A stretch of 63,829 bases of DNA from an uncultured Gemmatimonadota bacterium (GCA_964490075.1 CAZBBK010000031.1:1-63829); one strand, 5' to 3'; counted from the stretch's first letter, positions 12,591-24,003 are shown. A program made the numbers and translations. Notes: generated by a model not told the origin, from the sequence alone.

Positions 12591-13079
12591 CTATTCGGAT
12601 TTGTCTCGGGACAGCCGGTCCAATGCCCGGCACACGCACTCGCTCAGGTAGGGAGAGACGTCTCCCCCGTGGCGGGCAATCTCGCGAATCACGCTGGAGG
12701 AGACGCCCATCCAGCGCGGGCTCGACATCAGGAAGATGGTATCGAGTCCAGGGGCGAGCTGCCGGTTCATGATCGTCATCTGCAGCTCGTAATCGAAGTC
12801 GGTGCCGCCGCGCAGACCGCGCACGATCACGCCGGCACCGGCCTGCTCCGCGAAGCGGATCAGCAGGCCGTCCAGCGCCCGCACTTCGATGTTGTCCAGG
12901 TGGGCAGTGCTCTCGCGCACCAGCGCCATGCGGCGGCGGCGGTCGAAGAGCGGCGTCTTGCCCTCCCGCGTGGAGACGCCGATGATCAGCCGGTCGACCA
13001 GTGCCGCGCCACGCTCGATGATGTCGATATGGCCGCGAGTGATGGGGTCGAAGGTGCCGGGATAGACTCCGGTTTTCAC
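12591..13079 (-). CDS. coaD: Phosphopantetheine adenylyltransferase
   Basis: YPGTFDPITRGH, VRGLR..DFDYELQM, VSSS. GTG 13079 overlaps the upstream stop. Confidence 0.96.
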   Translation of the reverse strand: MKTGVYPGTFDPITRGHIDIIERGAALVDRLIIGVSTREGKTPLFDRRRRMALVRESTAHLDNIEVRALDGLLIRFAEQAGAGVIVRGLRGGTDFDYELQMTIMNRQLAPGLDTIFLMSSPRWMGVSSSVIREIARHGGDVSPYLSECVCRALDRLSRDKSE

Positions 13080-14104
13080 GCTTCTCTCTCCAGTGCCCCG
13101 GAGCGCTCCGGGACGGCATCGAGGGCTGTGTCGCGCTTGAGCTCCGACCAGCCGACGCCCATGCGCAGGGCGTAGAAGACGCCGAGCAGGTTGTTGGAGA
13201 CCCAGTTCACCGCCCATAGCAGGAGCGCGGCGTGCAGCGCCGCGACCTGCTCGGCGCCGATCAGCTCCAGCGCCTCCTTGACGGCGAGCTGGAAGACCCC
13301 GAGATAGCCGGGGGCGGCCGGAATCGACGCGGCGAAGGCCACCGCGCCCATCACCACCGGGCCAGCGAGCGGCGTGTGCGGCATCGTTTCGGCCGGATAA
13401 CCGAGCAGGACGAGGTAGAAGGCGCACGCGGTGCAGCACCAGATCAGAATGCTCACGGCGAGGATTCCGGCCGAGCGCAGCGGCGATTCGACCAGGTTCA
13501 GGCCCGAGAGCACGCTCTCGATCGGGCCTCTGAGTCGAACGCCGAAGCGCCCCGGGGTGCAGCGCTCGAGCCAGCTCCGGGCGCGCGCCGGATCGCGCCG
13601 ATAGGCCGCCTCGAGCGCCACCAAGAGGATCAACGCAAGCGCCATCAGGAGCCCGAGCGCGGTGGCCCGGCCGGTCATCGCCGCCGAGACGTCGAGCGCC
13701 AGCACGGCCGAGAGCAAGAGCAGTGTGACGGTGATGCCGTCCATGCAACGCTCGGCCACGATCGCCGTCAGCAGAGCTGGCAGCGCGGAGCTGCTCGAGC
13801 GCCGGATCAGCACCACGCGCACGATCTCGCCGGCCCGCGCCGGGAAGAGGTTGTTCACCAAGTAGAGGATCGCGGTGCTGCCCGAGAGCACCGAACGGGG
13901 CACCGGGTCGTCGCGCGACAGGAGCAGCCTGAGGCGGTGGCCGCGGATGATGACGCCGATCATCAACATCAGGCCGCCGGCCACGATGTGCGGCCAGGGC
14001 GTCGGCAGATCGCGCAGGGTGCCGAGATCGTCGAGACGGATGTTGCGCGCCGCCAGGAGCAACGTGACGACGCTGAGGACGATTCCGATTCCGACGCGTC
14101 TCAA
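13076..14104 (-). CDS. Lysylphosphatidylglycerol-synthase TM (UPF0104, flippase-like) membrane protein
   Basis: About 8 TM helices, NNLFPARAGEIVR, ERCMD, PAAPGYLGVF. Confidence 0.88.
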   Translation of the reverse strand: MRRVGIGIVLSVVTLLLAARNIRLDDLGTLRDLPTPWPHIVAGGLMLMIGVIIRGHRLRLLLSRDDPVPRSVLSGSTAILYLVNNLFPARAGEIVRVVLIRRSSSSALPALLTAIVAERCMDGITVTLLLLSAVLALDVSAAMTGRATALGLLMALALILLVALEAAYRRDPARARSWLERCTPGRFGVRLRGPIESVLSGLNLVESPLRSAGILAVSILIWCCTACAFYLVLLGYPAETMPHTPLAGPVVMGAVAFAASIPAAPGYLGVFQLAVKEALELIGAEQVAALHAALLLWAVNWVSNNLLGVFYALRMGVGWSELKRDTALDAVPERSGALEREA

Positions 14105-14173
14105 GCGATCTCTCTCTCTGCCCGGCGGCCGCCGCGGAGCCCTTCGTACATGGGGGGCTGCGCCCGGCGCTCG

Positions 14174-14806
14174 CTACAGCTTGTCGGTGGCGAACATGCG
14201 GTCGCCGGCATCGCCCAGCCCCGGTACGATGAAGCCCCGGTCGTCGAGCTCGGGATCGACGGCTCCGGCAAAGATGGCCAGCTCCGGAAAGCGCTCGCTG
14301 AGCACCTCGACGCCACGCCGCGAGGCCAGCAGGCAAAGGACGGCCATGCGCGTGGGCTCCTCGGCGGCGAGCAGCTCGGCCGCGGCGTTCATGGTGCCGC
14401 CGGTCGCCAGCATCGGATCGAGCAGGACCACCGTGCGACCGGCCAGATCGGTGGCGATCCGCCGGTAGTAGAACACCGGCTCCAGGCTCGACTCGTCGCG
14501 GTAGATGCCCAGGTGCAGCACCGGAGCAGCGGGGAATACCCGCTGTACGCCCGGCACCAGCCCGATCCCGGCGCGCAGGATCGGCGCCAGCACGATCCGC
14601 TCGCGGTCGATCACCTGACATTCGGTCTCGGCCAGCGGGGTCTCGACCGCGACCCGATGCGTGGGCAGGATGCGCGCCAGCTCGTAGGCGAGAAAGCCGG
14701 CGATCTCGTCGACCGCGGCGCGAAAGGTCCGCGCATCGGTGCGGCGGTTTCGCAGCACCGCCAGGCGATCGGAAAAGAGCGGATGGTCGAGCTCGAATAC
14801 CGGCAT
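14174..14806 (-). CDS. upp: Uracil phosphoribosyltransferase
   Basis: PILRAG, LDPMLATGGT, IVPGLGDAGDR. Confidence 0.97.
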   Translation of the reverse strand: MPVFELDHPLFSDRLAVLRNRRTDARTFRAAVDEIAGFLAYELARILPTHRVAVETPLAETECQVIDRERIVLAPILRAGIGLVPGVQRVFPAAPVLHLGIYRDESSLEPVFYYRRIATDLAGRTVVLLDPMLATGGTMNAAAELLAAEEPTRMAVLCLLASRRGVEVLSERFPELAIFAGAVDPELDDRGFIVPGLGDAGDRMFATDKL

Positions 14807-14825
14807 GGATCAGCTTCCTGGTGGA

Positions 14826-15350
14826 TTATGGCACTCGATCCACCACGATAGCCGATGCCCCGTAAACGCGTACGGTCAATCGCTCCCAGGCGGATGGGCA
14901 GGGCGGCGGCGGCTGCCGCGATCCGAGCTCGATCACCAGCAGCGCCCCCTCGGCCATCAGTGCCCCCAGCGCCGAGTGCACGCCCTCGACGGCGGCCGAG
15001 CCGTAGGGTGGATCGACGAAGGCCAGGTCGAAGGGGCCGGCGAGTCGGCGCAGCGCAGTCCAGGCATCGCAGCGGTGGAGCGCGACCGATCCCCAGGGCT
15101 CCACCAGGCGCAGGTTGGCTTCGAGCGCCCGGCAGGCCGCTGCGTCCCGCTCCACGAAGGTCGCCGAGCGAGCGCCGCGCGAGAGCGCCTCGATGCCGAT
15201 CGCGCCGCTGCCGGCGAAGAGGTCGAGCACCCGCCGATCCTCGGCCGCGATGATCGAGAAGAGCGCTTCGCGAATGCGCTCGGTGGTGGGGCGGATGCCG
15301 GGCGGCACGCGCAGGCGGCGGCCCCGCAGCCGGCCGGCGACGATCCGCAT
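14826..15350 (-). CDS. rsmD: 16S rRNA m2G966 methyltransferase
   Basis: MRIVAG..RGR.L, RPT..RIREALF, LDLFAGSG, EALSRGA, DPPY. Confidence 0.95.
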   Translation of the reverse strand: MRIVAGRLRGRRLRVPPGIRPTTERIREALFSIIAAEDRRVLDLFAGSGAIGIEALSRGARSATFVERDAAACRALEANLRLVEPWGSVALHRCDAWTALRRLAGPFDLAFVDPPYGSAAVEGVHSALGALMAEGALLVIELGSRQPPPPCPSAWERLTVRVYGASAIVVDRVP

Positions 15351-16063
15351 CAGTGCTCCCGGGCGATCCGCCGCAGCTCGCCGCAGAAGGTCTCGGAGTC
15401 CGGGGCATCGACGTCGCCGCGGATCGGCCCCCGCGCCCCTTCGAGGTCGAGCGCCAGGCCGAGCTCGGAGGCCGCCGCCTGCAACGCCGCCGCGCTGACC
15501 CCGCGCAGGCGAGCGGCGAAGGGCGAGGGCGCTGCGACCGCGGGCCGGGCCGCGGCGAGCTCGCTTCGGGCCCGCGCGAGAGCCGGCGCGGGCTCGGCGC
15601 GTGGCGGCGCGGTCGCCAGGGTCTCGATCGGCACGGTTTCGGCGGGCGATGGCGCGGCGCCGCCGGAGGGCTGCAGCTCGACCGTGGTCCGACCGGCGCG
15701 GGTCTCGACGCGGTAGTCGCAGGGCAGCGCCAGATCGAAGACCACCCGCGCGCGGGCCTCGGGACGAGGCCGGTACTGGCTGCTCCGTACTCCGGTCACC
15801 GGGCCGGCCCGCAGATCCGGGTGGTTCCAGCGCTTCAACGCGTGCACGGTATCGTAGAAATCTAGCACCAGTTTTTGCGGGCCATCGCCCAGGTAGAAAT
15901 GACGCACGCGGGTCGAGTCGCTGAGCTCGATGGTCGCGCGCGCGCCCTCCTGCTCCCAGGACGCCAGCCGCAGCTCCTCCAGGCGCGGCTCCTGGGCCGA
16001 GGCGCGCGCCGCGAGCAGCAGCGCCGGCAGCAGCGCGAGCAAGAGATCAATCGGTCGCGACAC
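15350..16063 (-). CDS. AMIN-domain protein in the pilQ position, without a secretin domain
   Basis: Signal peptide, AMIN motifs (KLVLDF, VTGVRSSQY, ARVVFDL), Pro/Ala linker, short degenerate N0/STN-like tail. 237 aa. Confidence 0.78.
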   Translation of the reverse strand: MSRPIDLLLALLPALLLAARASAQEPRLEELRLASWEQEGARATIELSDSTRVRHFYLGDGPQKLVLDFYDTVHALKRWNHPDLRAGPVTGVRSSQYRPRPEARARVVFDLALPCDYRVETRAGRTTVELQPSGGAAPSPAETVPIETLATAPPRAEPAPALARARSELAAARPAVAAPSPFAARLRGVSAAALQAAASELGLALDLEGARGPIRGDVDAPDSETFCGELRRIAREH

Positions 16064-16388
16064 TTTGGCCCTCGTTTTCGGTCAAGGCGAGGCAGCGCAG
16101 CCCGCCCGGCCCACGGATCTGTACCCCGGTGAGATCGATCCCCAAAATCGTGTTGCCATCGAGCGTGTCTCCGGGCACCACGACGCGCTCGATCGTCGCC
16201 GCGTTGCGCACCACCGCACAGCTCCGATCGCCGCAGCGCAGCAGCGCGACGACGCGGGTCTTGCCGACGGGTCGAAAGGGATCGCGCAGACCGCGCGCGT
16301 CGTAGTGCGGCGCCCCCTCGCCCGCCTGGGGTGCGGCGGCCGCCAGCGCCCAGGGCAGGATCAGCAGCGCCAACGCGACGCGCCTCAT
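16047..16388 (-). CDS. pilP: PilP-like protein
   Basis: Signal peptide, YDARGLRDPF motif, short beta domain (GDTLDG.TILGI), position after pilO. Confidence 0.6.
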   Translation of the reverse strand: MRRVALALLILPWALAAAAPQAGEGAPHYDARGLRDPFRPVGKTRVVALLRCGDRSCAVVRNAATIERVVVPGDTLDGNTILGIDLTGVQIRGPGGLRCLALTENEGQSVATD

Positions 16389-16828
16389 GATCCCCCCTCG
16401 GCGAGGAAGGGCGCATGCAGGGTCAGATCGAGATGTGCCTCGCCGCCGGCCCCCCGTCGCAGTCGCAGATCGCTCAGCCGCGAGGCGTAGGGCAGCGCTT
16501 CGAGGCGCGCCAGCAAGCCACCGATCTCGTGGTACGGGGCCGCCGCGCGCAACCGGTAGCGCTCTTCGCCCATCGCCGCGCCGCCGGAGCGCCCCAGGTC
16601 GACGAGCTCGGCGCCGGCATCGCTGCCCGTCGCGAGCGACTCGATACTCCGGCGAAAACGGCCGAGATCGGCCTCGTTCATGAGCTCGCCGGCCGCCCTC
16701 TGGTCGATCGCCGCGCGCAGCGCCTCGATCTCGGTCAGTTGACCGGGGATCAGCGCGGCGGCCAGGATGCCGACCACGAAAAGCAGCAGCAGGGCGGTCT
16801 GCACCATTGTGCTGCGCGCCTCAGCCAT
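16385..16828 (-). CDS. pilO: PilO-like protein
   Basis: One N-terminal TM helix, coiled coil, APYHEIGGLLARLEALP motif. ATG 16828. Confidence 0.7.
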   Translation of the reverse strand: MAEARSTMVQTALLLLFVVGILAAALIPGQLTEIEALRAAIDQRAAGELMNEADLGRFRRSIESLATGSDAGAELVDLGRSGGAAMGEERYRLRAAAPYHEIGGLLARLEALPYASRLSDLRLRRGAGGEAHLDLTLHAPFLAEGGS

Positions 16829-17324
16829 GTCCCCCCTCCTCTTCGTCCCGCGGCTCTCTCGCTTCCTGCAGCCCGGTCCCCGCGGCGATCTCCAGCTCCA
16901 TCTGAAAACGGAACCCGCCATCGGCGGCGCCCTGGATCCGCTCCATGCGTCCCGCGGCGATCGATGGCCGCTCTTCGAGGGAACGCAAGTAGGCGTCGGC
17001 CGCCGCCGCGCTCCAGGTCCGGCCCCGCACCTGCGCTCTGCCTCGTTCCTCCTCGATCGCCTGCAGCCAGACATCATCCCCCGGCAGGGCCCGGGCGAGA
17101 TCGAGCAGCAGATCGGCGTAGCGCGGCCGGGCCCGCGGCCCGTGCGCCGCCTGGGCTCCGGCACGGGCGCGCAGCGCCTCGAGGCGCACCTCGTTGCGGG
17201 CCGCCAGGAAGATCGGAATCAGCGCCAGCAGCCCCAGCCATAGCATGGTCCAGCGCAGGCCGCGGCCGACCGGGGCCGCCGCGGCCCGGACCGGTGATTC
17301 GGGGAGCAGGTTGATCTCGATCAT
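16821..17324 (-). CDS. pilN: PilN-like protein
   Basis: MIEINLLP start, TM helix, LPGDDVWL. ATG 17324 overlaps the pilM stop. Confidence 0.85.
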   Translation of the reverse strand: MIEINLLPESPVRAAAAPVGRGLRWTMLWLGLLALIPIFLAARNEVRLEALRARAGAQAAHGPRARPRYADLLLDLARALPGDDVWLQAIEEERGRAQVRGRTWSAAAADAYLRSLEERPSIAAGRMERIQGAADGGFRFQMELEIAAGTGLQEAREPRDEEEGGHG

Positions 17325-18390
17325 CCGAGGGCCCCGACGCGCCGTGCCAGACCGAGGACCGGGGCGCAGTGCGCCGGCGCCGCGTCCAGTCCCTCTCCCC
17401 CGCCCCCCGGCAGCGCCGGCTCGAGATCGATCTCGATAGCCTCGGCGATCCCCTCGCGGATCCCGTGCAGCATCGAGGGCCCGCCGGCGAGCAGCGCGCG
17501 GCGTGGCTCCACGCGGGCCATGCGCAGGGCATCGCGCACCGCGGCGGCGATGCGCTGCGCCAGGCCCTCGACCGCCTGCCCCAGCTCGCTCGCCTCGCGC
17601 GGCTGCATCGGCTCCGCGCCCGCCGCCAGCTCCGCGGCCCGCTCGCCCAGCTTCGGGCTCAGCACCGACTCGAGCTCCATCCCGGTGCCGGCGCGCGCGG
17701 TGTGCAACAGGCAGGGCAGACCCTCGCGCAGCACCAGGATCGCCAGCCACTCGTGGCCGGTCAGCACCACCACGCCGTCGCTGTCGAAGTCGGCGAGGTT
17801 GCGCACCGCCAGCACATCGACGTCGACCAGGCAGGGACGCAGCCCGGCATCTTCCAGCACTGATGTCCGCTCCAGCAGCGCCGCGCCCGCGCCCCCCACC
17901 CCCCCCACCCCCGCCCCCACCACCAGGAAAAAGCGCACCAANNNNNNNNNNCCCGCCCCTACGACCCCCCCACTGCCGCCCCCCCACGCCCCCCGGCGCG
18001 CCGGCCCCCGACCGCGACCACCGAGGCACCCTCGACGTGGAAGTCGCGCACCATCGACTCGCTGCCGCCGAGCAGTCGCTGAGCGAGCTCGAAGTCGACC
18101 ATCTCGCCGATCTGCTCGGCACCGAGGGCATCGAGGCCGAGCAGTTGGATGGTGGTGATGCAGGCCGGCACCAGAACCGCCGCGGGGCTCATCCGGCGCG
18201 CCCCCAGCCGGCGGCGCAGCACCTCGACGGCCCCGACCACCGCCGCCCTGTCGACCACATGGCCATCGCGCAGGGCGCCCCTGGGCAGCGGCTCGCTGCT
18301 CCACTGCGCGGCGCCGTGGCCACGCACCAGAGCCGCCTTGACGGCACGCGCGCCGAGGTCGAAGCAGATCGTAGGGGTGGGCTTCTTCAT
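17321..18390 (-). CDS. pilM: PilM-like actin-fold protein, broken by an assembly gap
   Basis: N-half FDLGARAVK...GHVVDR; C-half AGLRPCLVDVDVLA, LLAGG, VLGLARR. The halves are in different frames across the N run and low-complexity G/C tract. Confidence 0.75.
17885..18010. other. Scaffold gap (10 N at 17942-17951) with low-quality poly-C flanks
   Basis: Run of N with homopolymer-rich flanks that break an otherwise coherent CDS. Confidence 0.9.
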
Positions 18391-18645
18391 GAACGGGACG
18401 AAGCTCCGCCCGTGGGTGTCGATCGGGATCGGCCCGGAGTCCGAGCGCCCACGCGGCGGCAGGGGAAACCGTCAGCCTAGCGAGCGGGGGCGCTCGGGGT
18501 CAATCGCGGCGGGGGCGCCCTGGCGTTTCGAGACGGCGGCTTTCTACGCGGGGAGTGCCCGGGACGCAACGAATCGTGCCCAGGCCCCTGCGCCTGCCCT
18601 TGCCCGCTTCCACGACCTTCGCCGCGGGTTCTTCGATCCCGACCC

Positions 18646-19035
18646 TCACCCCGCCGGCCTGATCTTGCGGACGCGCGGCAGAGGGCCGTGCTCCGGGATC
18701 TCCTTCAGCTCGAGCGGATCGTAGGTGACCTCGATCGACTCCCCGACGCGGAGCTTGGAGGCGTAGCTCACCGGCAGCAGACCCGAGTTCGGCCAGCGGC
18801 AGACGAAGCTCGTTCCGGGACCGTGCTCTTCCGCCGCGATCAGCAGGATCTCCACCGGCTCATCGGCCGCGCGGACCACTCCGGCGGCGCGCTCGTCCTG
18901 CCAGGTCGAGCGTGCGACCAGCATGCGCTCGAGATCGGTGACGGTGACGACCTCGGTCACCACCGACGAAGTGCAGCCCGCCGCCGCGAGCAAGGCGGAA
19001 AACGCAACGCCGGCGAGCACCTTCGGGTGCGACAT
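18646..19035 (-). CDS. Small hypothetical lipoprotein (possibly OB-fold)
   Basis: AGGAG RBS, MSHPK...LLAAAGC lipobox, C-terminal LRVGESIEVTY pattern. Confidence 0.6.
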   Translation of the reverse strand: MSHPKVLAGVAFSALLAAAGCTSSVVTEVVTVTDLERMLVARSTWQDERAAGVVRAADEPVEILLIAAEEHGPGTSFVCRWPNSGLLPVSYASKLRVGESIEVTYDPLELKEIPEHGPLPRVRKIRPAG

Positions 19036-19206
19036 GGTCTTCTCCTGACGACGCAACTGGGACCACCTTCCACTGTACGCCTTCGATCGGAGCTCGCTCG
19101 TGAACTCGGTGTGAAAAGCACGGCGCCCGAAGCCGGCGCGGATGCCCGCCACGACACATTCCGGAAACATGTCCCACTCGGGCGCCGCCGCCGGTCTCCC
19201 TCCCGC

Positions 19207-20151
19207 TCAGGGCAACCCCGGCAGCAGCCCCATCAGCTCCGGCCCGGCGATCAGAACCGCCAGAGTGCCGAGCGCCAGAAAGGGTCCGAAGGGGATCGGC
19301 GAGCGCAGCGTGCCGCGGCCGGCGGCGATCTCGGCGATCCCCGCCACCGAGCCGAGCGCCGCGGCGAGGAAGATCGCCGGGATCACGCCGGCCGGGCCGG
19401 TGAAGGCGGCGATGCCGGCGGCCAGGCGGATGTCGCCGCCGCCGATCGCGGTCTCGATGCGGCGCAGCCGGGTGTAGATCCAGTCGACCACCAGCAGGGT
19501 GCCGCTCGCCGCCACCGCCACCGCGCAGTGGGCGAGGAAAGTGGGCGTCCCCACCATCGCCAGCATGGCGAGCGCTCCTCCCGCGAGTCGCCAGGCATGT
19601 CGTTCCACACCGACCAGGACGAGCGTCAAACCGAGGGCCGCGGCCAGGTGGACGAAGAGCATGGGCGGTCCTTGCGGATCGGCCAGCAGGAGCCCGGCGA
19701 GCAGAAAAGCGCGGGTGACCGGCAGCGGCAGCAGGCGCTCGTGAAGATCGACCGCCGCCCCGATCGCCAGGATCGGCAGCGCGACCAGCGCCCGGGCGGC
19801 CGCCAGGCCCGGGCCCAGGTAGTAGAAGAGCACCGGCACGGCCAACCCGAAGCCGACCTCGATCAGGTAGTCGGCGATCCGGATCGAGGCGCCGCAGGTG
19901 GCGCAACGGCCGCGCAGAGCCGGGTACGAGACCAGCGGCACGTTCTCCCACCAGCGCAGCACCCGCGCGCAGCCTTCGCAGCGCGATCGCGAGCCGCGCA
20001 GCGCGGTATCGCTGCGCAGGCGGTAGGCGCTGGCGGCGACGAAGCTTCCGAGCGCGGCTCCGGTCGCGCCCAGCAGGCACCAGATCAAGAGGCCGCCAGG
20101 CCCGCTCCCGAGAGAGGCGTGCAGCACGCCCGCCAGCTCGTGCGGGCTCAC
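19207..20151 (-). CDS. pilD: Prepilin peptidase (A24)
   Basis: GSF, SRCEGC...WWENVPLVSY..LRGRCATC, DLHERLLP, GGGDIRL, IPFGPFL. GTG start at 20151. Confidence 0.93.
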   Translation of the reverse strand: MSPHELAGVLHASLGSGPGGLLIWCLLGATGAALGSFVAASAYRLRSDTALRGSRSRCEGCARVLRWWENVPLVSYPALRGRCATCGASIRIADYLIEVGFGLAVPVLFYYLGPGLAAARALVALPILAIGAAVDLHERLLPLPVTRAFLLAGLLLADPQGPPMLFVHLAAALGLTLVLVGVERHAWRLAGGALAMLAMVGTPTFLAHCAVAVAASGTLLVVDWIYTRLRRIETAIGGGDIRLAAGIAAFTGPAGVIPAIFLAAALGSVAGIAEIAAGRGTLRSPIPFGPFLALGTLAVLIAGPELMGLLPGLP

Positions 20152-20179
20152 GATGCCGCCCTCTGAGCTTCCCACACTC

Positions 20180-20596
20180 CTATCGAGCGCTCTCCCACGA
20201 GACCACCCCGTCGTGGATCGCCCCGTGCGACTCCGGCGGCGGGCAGAGCACGGCATAGCTGACGCCGTCGGAGCGCAGCACGTAGGGCCGTTCGCTGACC
20301 GGGCAGCTCATGCGCGCCAGCGAGGCCGGCTCCAGCTGCACCACGTCGGACTGGTAGGCGCCGGCGCGGGCGAAGCAGATCTCCTGCGCAGTGGCCAGCA
20401 GGTTCAGCTGCTTGCGGCACTGCGCCTGCAGATCGTCGCTTCGCGCCTCGACCACCCGGGGCCAGGCCAGCAGCCAGACCGATGCCGCACCGACGGCGAG
20501 GAGCATGAGCTCTAGGAAGATCGTCTGAAAACGGGTCACGGGGCCGGCTCCGATCCGCCCCGCGGCGCCGGGACGGGATGGCTGCGTAGTGCTCAT
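20180..20596 (-). CDS. Pilin/pseudopilin-like protein
   Basis: Hydrophobic helix after TIFLELM with mid-helix Pro, amphipathic helix (CRKQLNLLATAQE), Cys pairs, directly upstream of pilD. Confidence 0.6.
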   Translation of the reverse strand: MSTTQPSRPGAAGRIGAGPVTRFQTIFLELMLLAVGAASVWLLAWPRVVEARSDDLQAQCRKQLNLLATAQEICFARAGAYQSDVVQLEPASLARMSCPVSERPYVLRSDGVSYAVLCPPPESHGAIHDGVVSWESAR

Positions 20597-20671
20597 TCAT
20601 CTTATCGAGCGCCGCGGGGGTCCAAAACCGGCCCTGTTCGTCAATCCACCACGGTACAACCGCGCCGCACC

Positions 20672-22573
20672 TCATTCGGGCGTCCGAAAGCCGGCGCCCT
20701 CCAACACCCTGAGCGCCGCCCGGTAGTTGCCGAGGGGGGGCATGACGTAGGCGCCGACCACTCGATGCTGCACCTCGGCCAGTGCCTCGCTGGCCACCGC
20801 CACCCCTTCGGCCCGGGCCTTGCGACCGCGCCCGACCTTCTCCATGCGGCGCAGGATCTCCTCGGGAATCTGCATCCCGGGCACCTCGTTGTGCAGAAAG
20901 CTGGCGTTCTTGAAGCTCGCCAGCGGCAGCAGCCCCACCAGGACCGGCAGCTCGAGCGACTCGATGTCGTCGAGAAAGCGGTTCAGGATCTCTCCCTGGT
21001 AGACCGGCTGGGTCATCACGAACTCCGCGCCCGCCTTCTTCTTCTCTTCGAGACGGCGCAGCTCGCGCTGGTAGTCGATCGCCGCCGGCTCGGCGCCGCA
21101 GCCGAGCACGAACGAGGTTTGGGAGCCGATCGAGCGCCCCGCCGGGTCGACGCCGCGGTTGAGCCCGGCCGCCAGCTTCAACAGACCGATCGAATCGACG
21201 TCGTAGACCGCCGAGGCGTTCGGATAGTCCCCCACCTTGGGCGGGTCGCCGGTGATGATCACCAGGTTGTTCAGGCCGACCACCGAGTCGCCGAGCAGAT
21301 CGGACTGTAGGCGCAGCAGGTTGCGGTCGCGGCCGCAGACGTGGAGGATGGTTTCGAGACCGACTCGCTCCTGGATCTGGGCGGCCAGCACCGAGTTGGA
21401 GACACGCACCGTGGCGCGCGGGCCGTCGGCGATGTTGACCGCGTCGCAGCCCGCGGCCTGCAGCAGCCGCGCGGCGCTCAGCGCCGGCTCCATGTCGAGA
21501 CCGAAGGGAGAGCCGATCTCGACCGCGGCGCAGAAGCTCTGAGGCGAGATCTTACCGGGATCGGGCCCCTGGACCCGCTCCCGGAACACCCGCTCGATCT
21601 TGGCGGCGAAGGTCGAGCGCTGCTCCAGCGGCTTGGGCGCCAGCTCCGGGATGGTCGCGCTCTCGGCGCGGGGCTCGGGCCGCGCCTCGGGAGCCCTTCC
21701 GGCACCCATCATGCGCGCCGCGCCGGCCGCGTGGCGGATGTGCTCGGGCGTGGTGCCGCAGCAGCCGCCCACCATCGCCACGCCGAGCTTCAGCGAGCGC
21801 CGCACGTACTCGCTGAAGTACTCCGGAGTGACCATGTAGAGCAGGCGCTCGTCGATCTTGCGCGGGTAGCCGGCGTTCGGCTGCACACTCACCGGCAGAC
21901 CACGATCGACCATGCGCGAGGCCACCTCGAAGCTGGCCTGCGGCCCCTCCATGCAGTTGCAGCCGGCGGCGTCGGCGCCCCACTCGCGGAGCAGATCGAC
22001 GACTCGCTCGGGCTCGGCACCGTCCCCGGTCTTGGCCTCTTCGTCGAAGGCCATCTGGGCGACGATCGGCAGGCTGGTGGTGGTCCGCACCGCCTCCAGT
22101 GCGACCCGAAGCTCGGAGAGCAGCCGAAAGGTCTCGAGCACGATCAGGTCGACGCCCGCGCCCGCCAGCGCCACCGCCTGCTCCTCGAAGGCCTCGCGCA
22201 GCTCGACCAGCTCGGCGTCGGTCGACACCGAGGGGACCCGGCCGGTGGGACCGATGGCGCCGGCCACCCAGGCGCGCCCGGCGGCGGCCTCCAGGGCGAT
22301 CTCCACCGCCGCGGCGTTGATGGCGCGGACCTTGTCTTCGATGCCCGAGCGGCGCAGGCGCAGGCGATTGGCGCCGAAGGTATTGGTCTCGATCACCTCG
22401 GCCCCGGCGTCGAGGTACTCAAGGTGGATCGCCCCGACCAGCTCGGAGCGCGACAGGCAGAGCTCCTCGAACACCTGGTTGAGAAACACGCCGCGGTTGT
22501 ACAGCACCGTGCCCATCGCGCCGTCGCAGAGAATGGGACGGCGGCCCAGCACGTCGAGGAAGGCGGCGTTCAT
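20672..22573 (-). CDS. yitJ: Bifunctional homocysteine S-methyltransferase / methylenetetrahydrofolate reductase
   Basis: DGAMGT, TNTFGAN, NC, PNAG, GGCCGTTPEHI, then MTHFR domain (RDRNL, ITGDPP, MTQPVY). Confidence 0.94.
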   Translation of the reverse strand: MNAAFLDVLGRRPILCDGAMGTVLYNRGVFLNQVFEELCLSRSELVGAIHLEYLDAGAEVIETNTFGANRLRLRRSGIEDKVRAINAAAVEIALEAAAGRAWVAGAIGPTGRVPSVSTDAELVELREAFEEQAVALAGAGVDLIVLETFRLLSELRVALEAVRTTTSLPIVAQMAFDEEAKTGDGAEPERVVDLLREWGADAAGCNCMEGPQASFEVASRMVDRGLPVSVQPNAGYPRKIDERLLYMVTPEYFSEYVRRSLKLGVAMVGGCCGTTPEHIRHAAGAARMMGAGRAPEARPEPRAESATIPELAPKPLEQRSTFAAKIERVFRERVQGPDPGKISPQSFCAAVEIGSPFGLDMEPALSAARLLQAAGCDAVNIADGPRATVRVSNSVLAAQIQERVGLETILHVCGRDRNLLRLQSDLLGDSVVGLNNLVIITGDPPKVGDYPNASAVYDVDSIGLLKLAAGLNRGVDPAGRSIGSQTSFVLGCGAEPAAIDYQRELRRLEEKKKAGAEFVMTQPVYQGEILNRFLDDIESLELPVLVGLLPLASFKNASFLHNEVPGMQIPEEILRRMEKVGRGRKARAEGVAVASEALAEVQHRVVGAYVMPPLGNYRAALRVLEGAGFRTPE

Positions 22574-22606
22574 GAAGGGGGAGCGGGGCTGGCGCGAAAT
22601 CGGGAT

Positions 22607-24003
<1,397 letters not shown>

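Noticed and set aside
12591..15350. upp and a flippase-like gene inserted between rsmD and coaD
   Set aside because: Ordinary operon shuffling with no sign of a functional link.
17885..18010. Poly-C/G tracts in pilM as a phase-variation switch or true pseudogene
   Set aside because: They flank a 10-N gap and look like degraded read ends, so an assembly artefact is more likely.
18566..18582. Sigma-54-like site upstream of pilM (minus strand GGCAC-GATTCG-TTGC)
   Set aside because: GG-to-GC spacing is 11 nt, not the strictly required 10. Worth rechecking only if reads show an indel.
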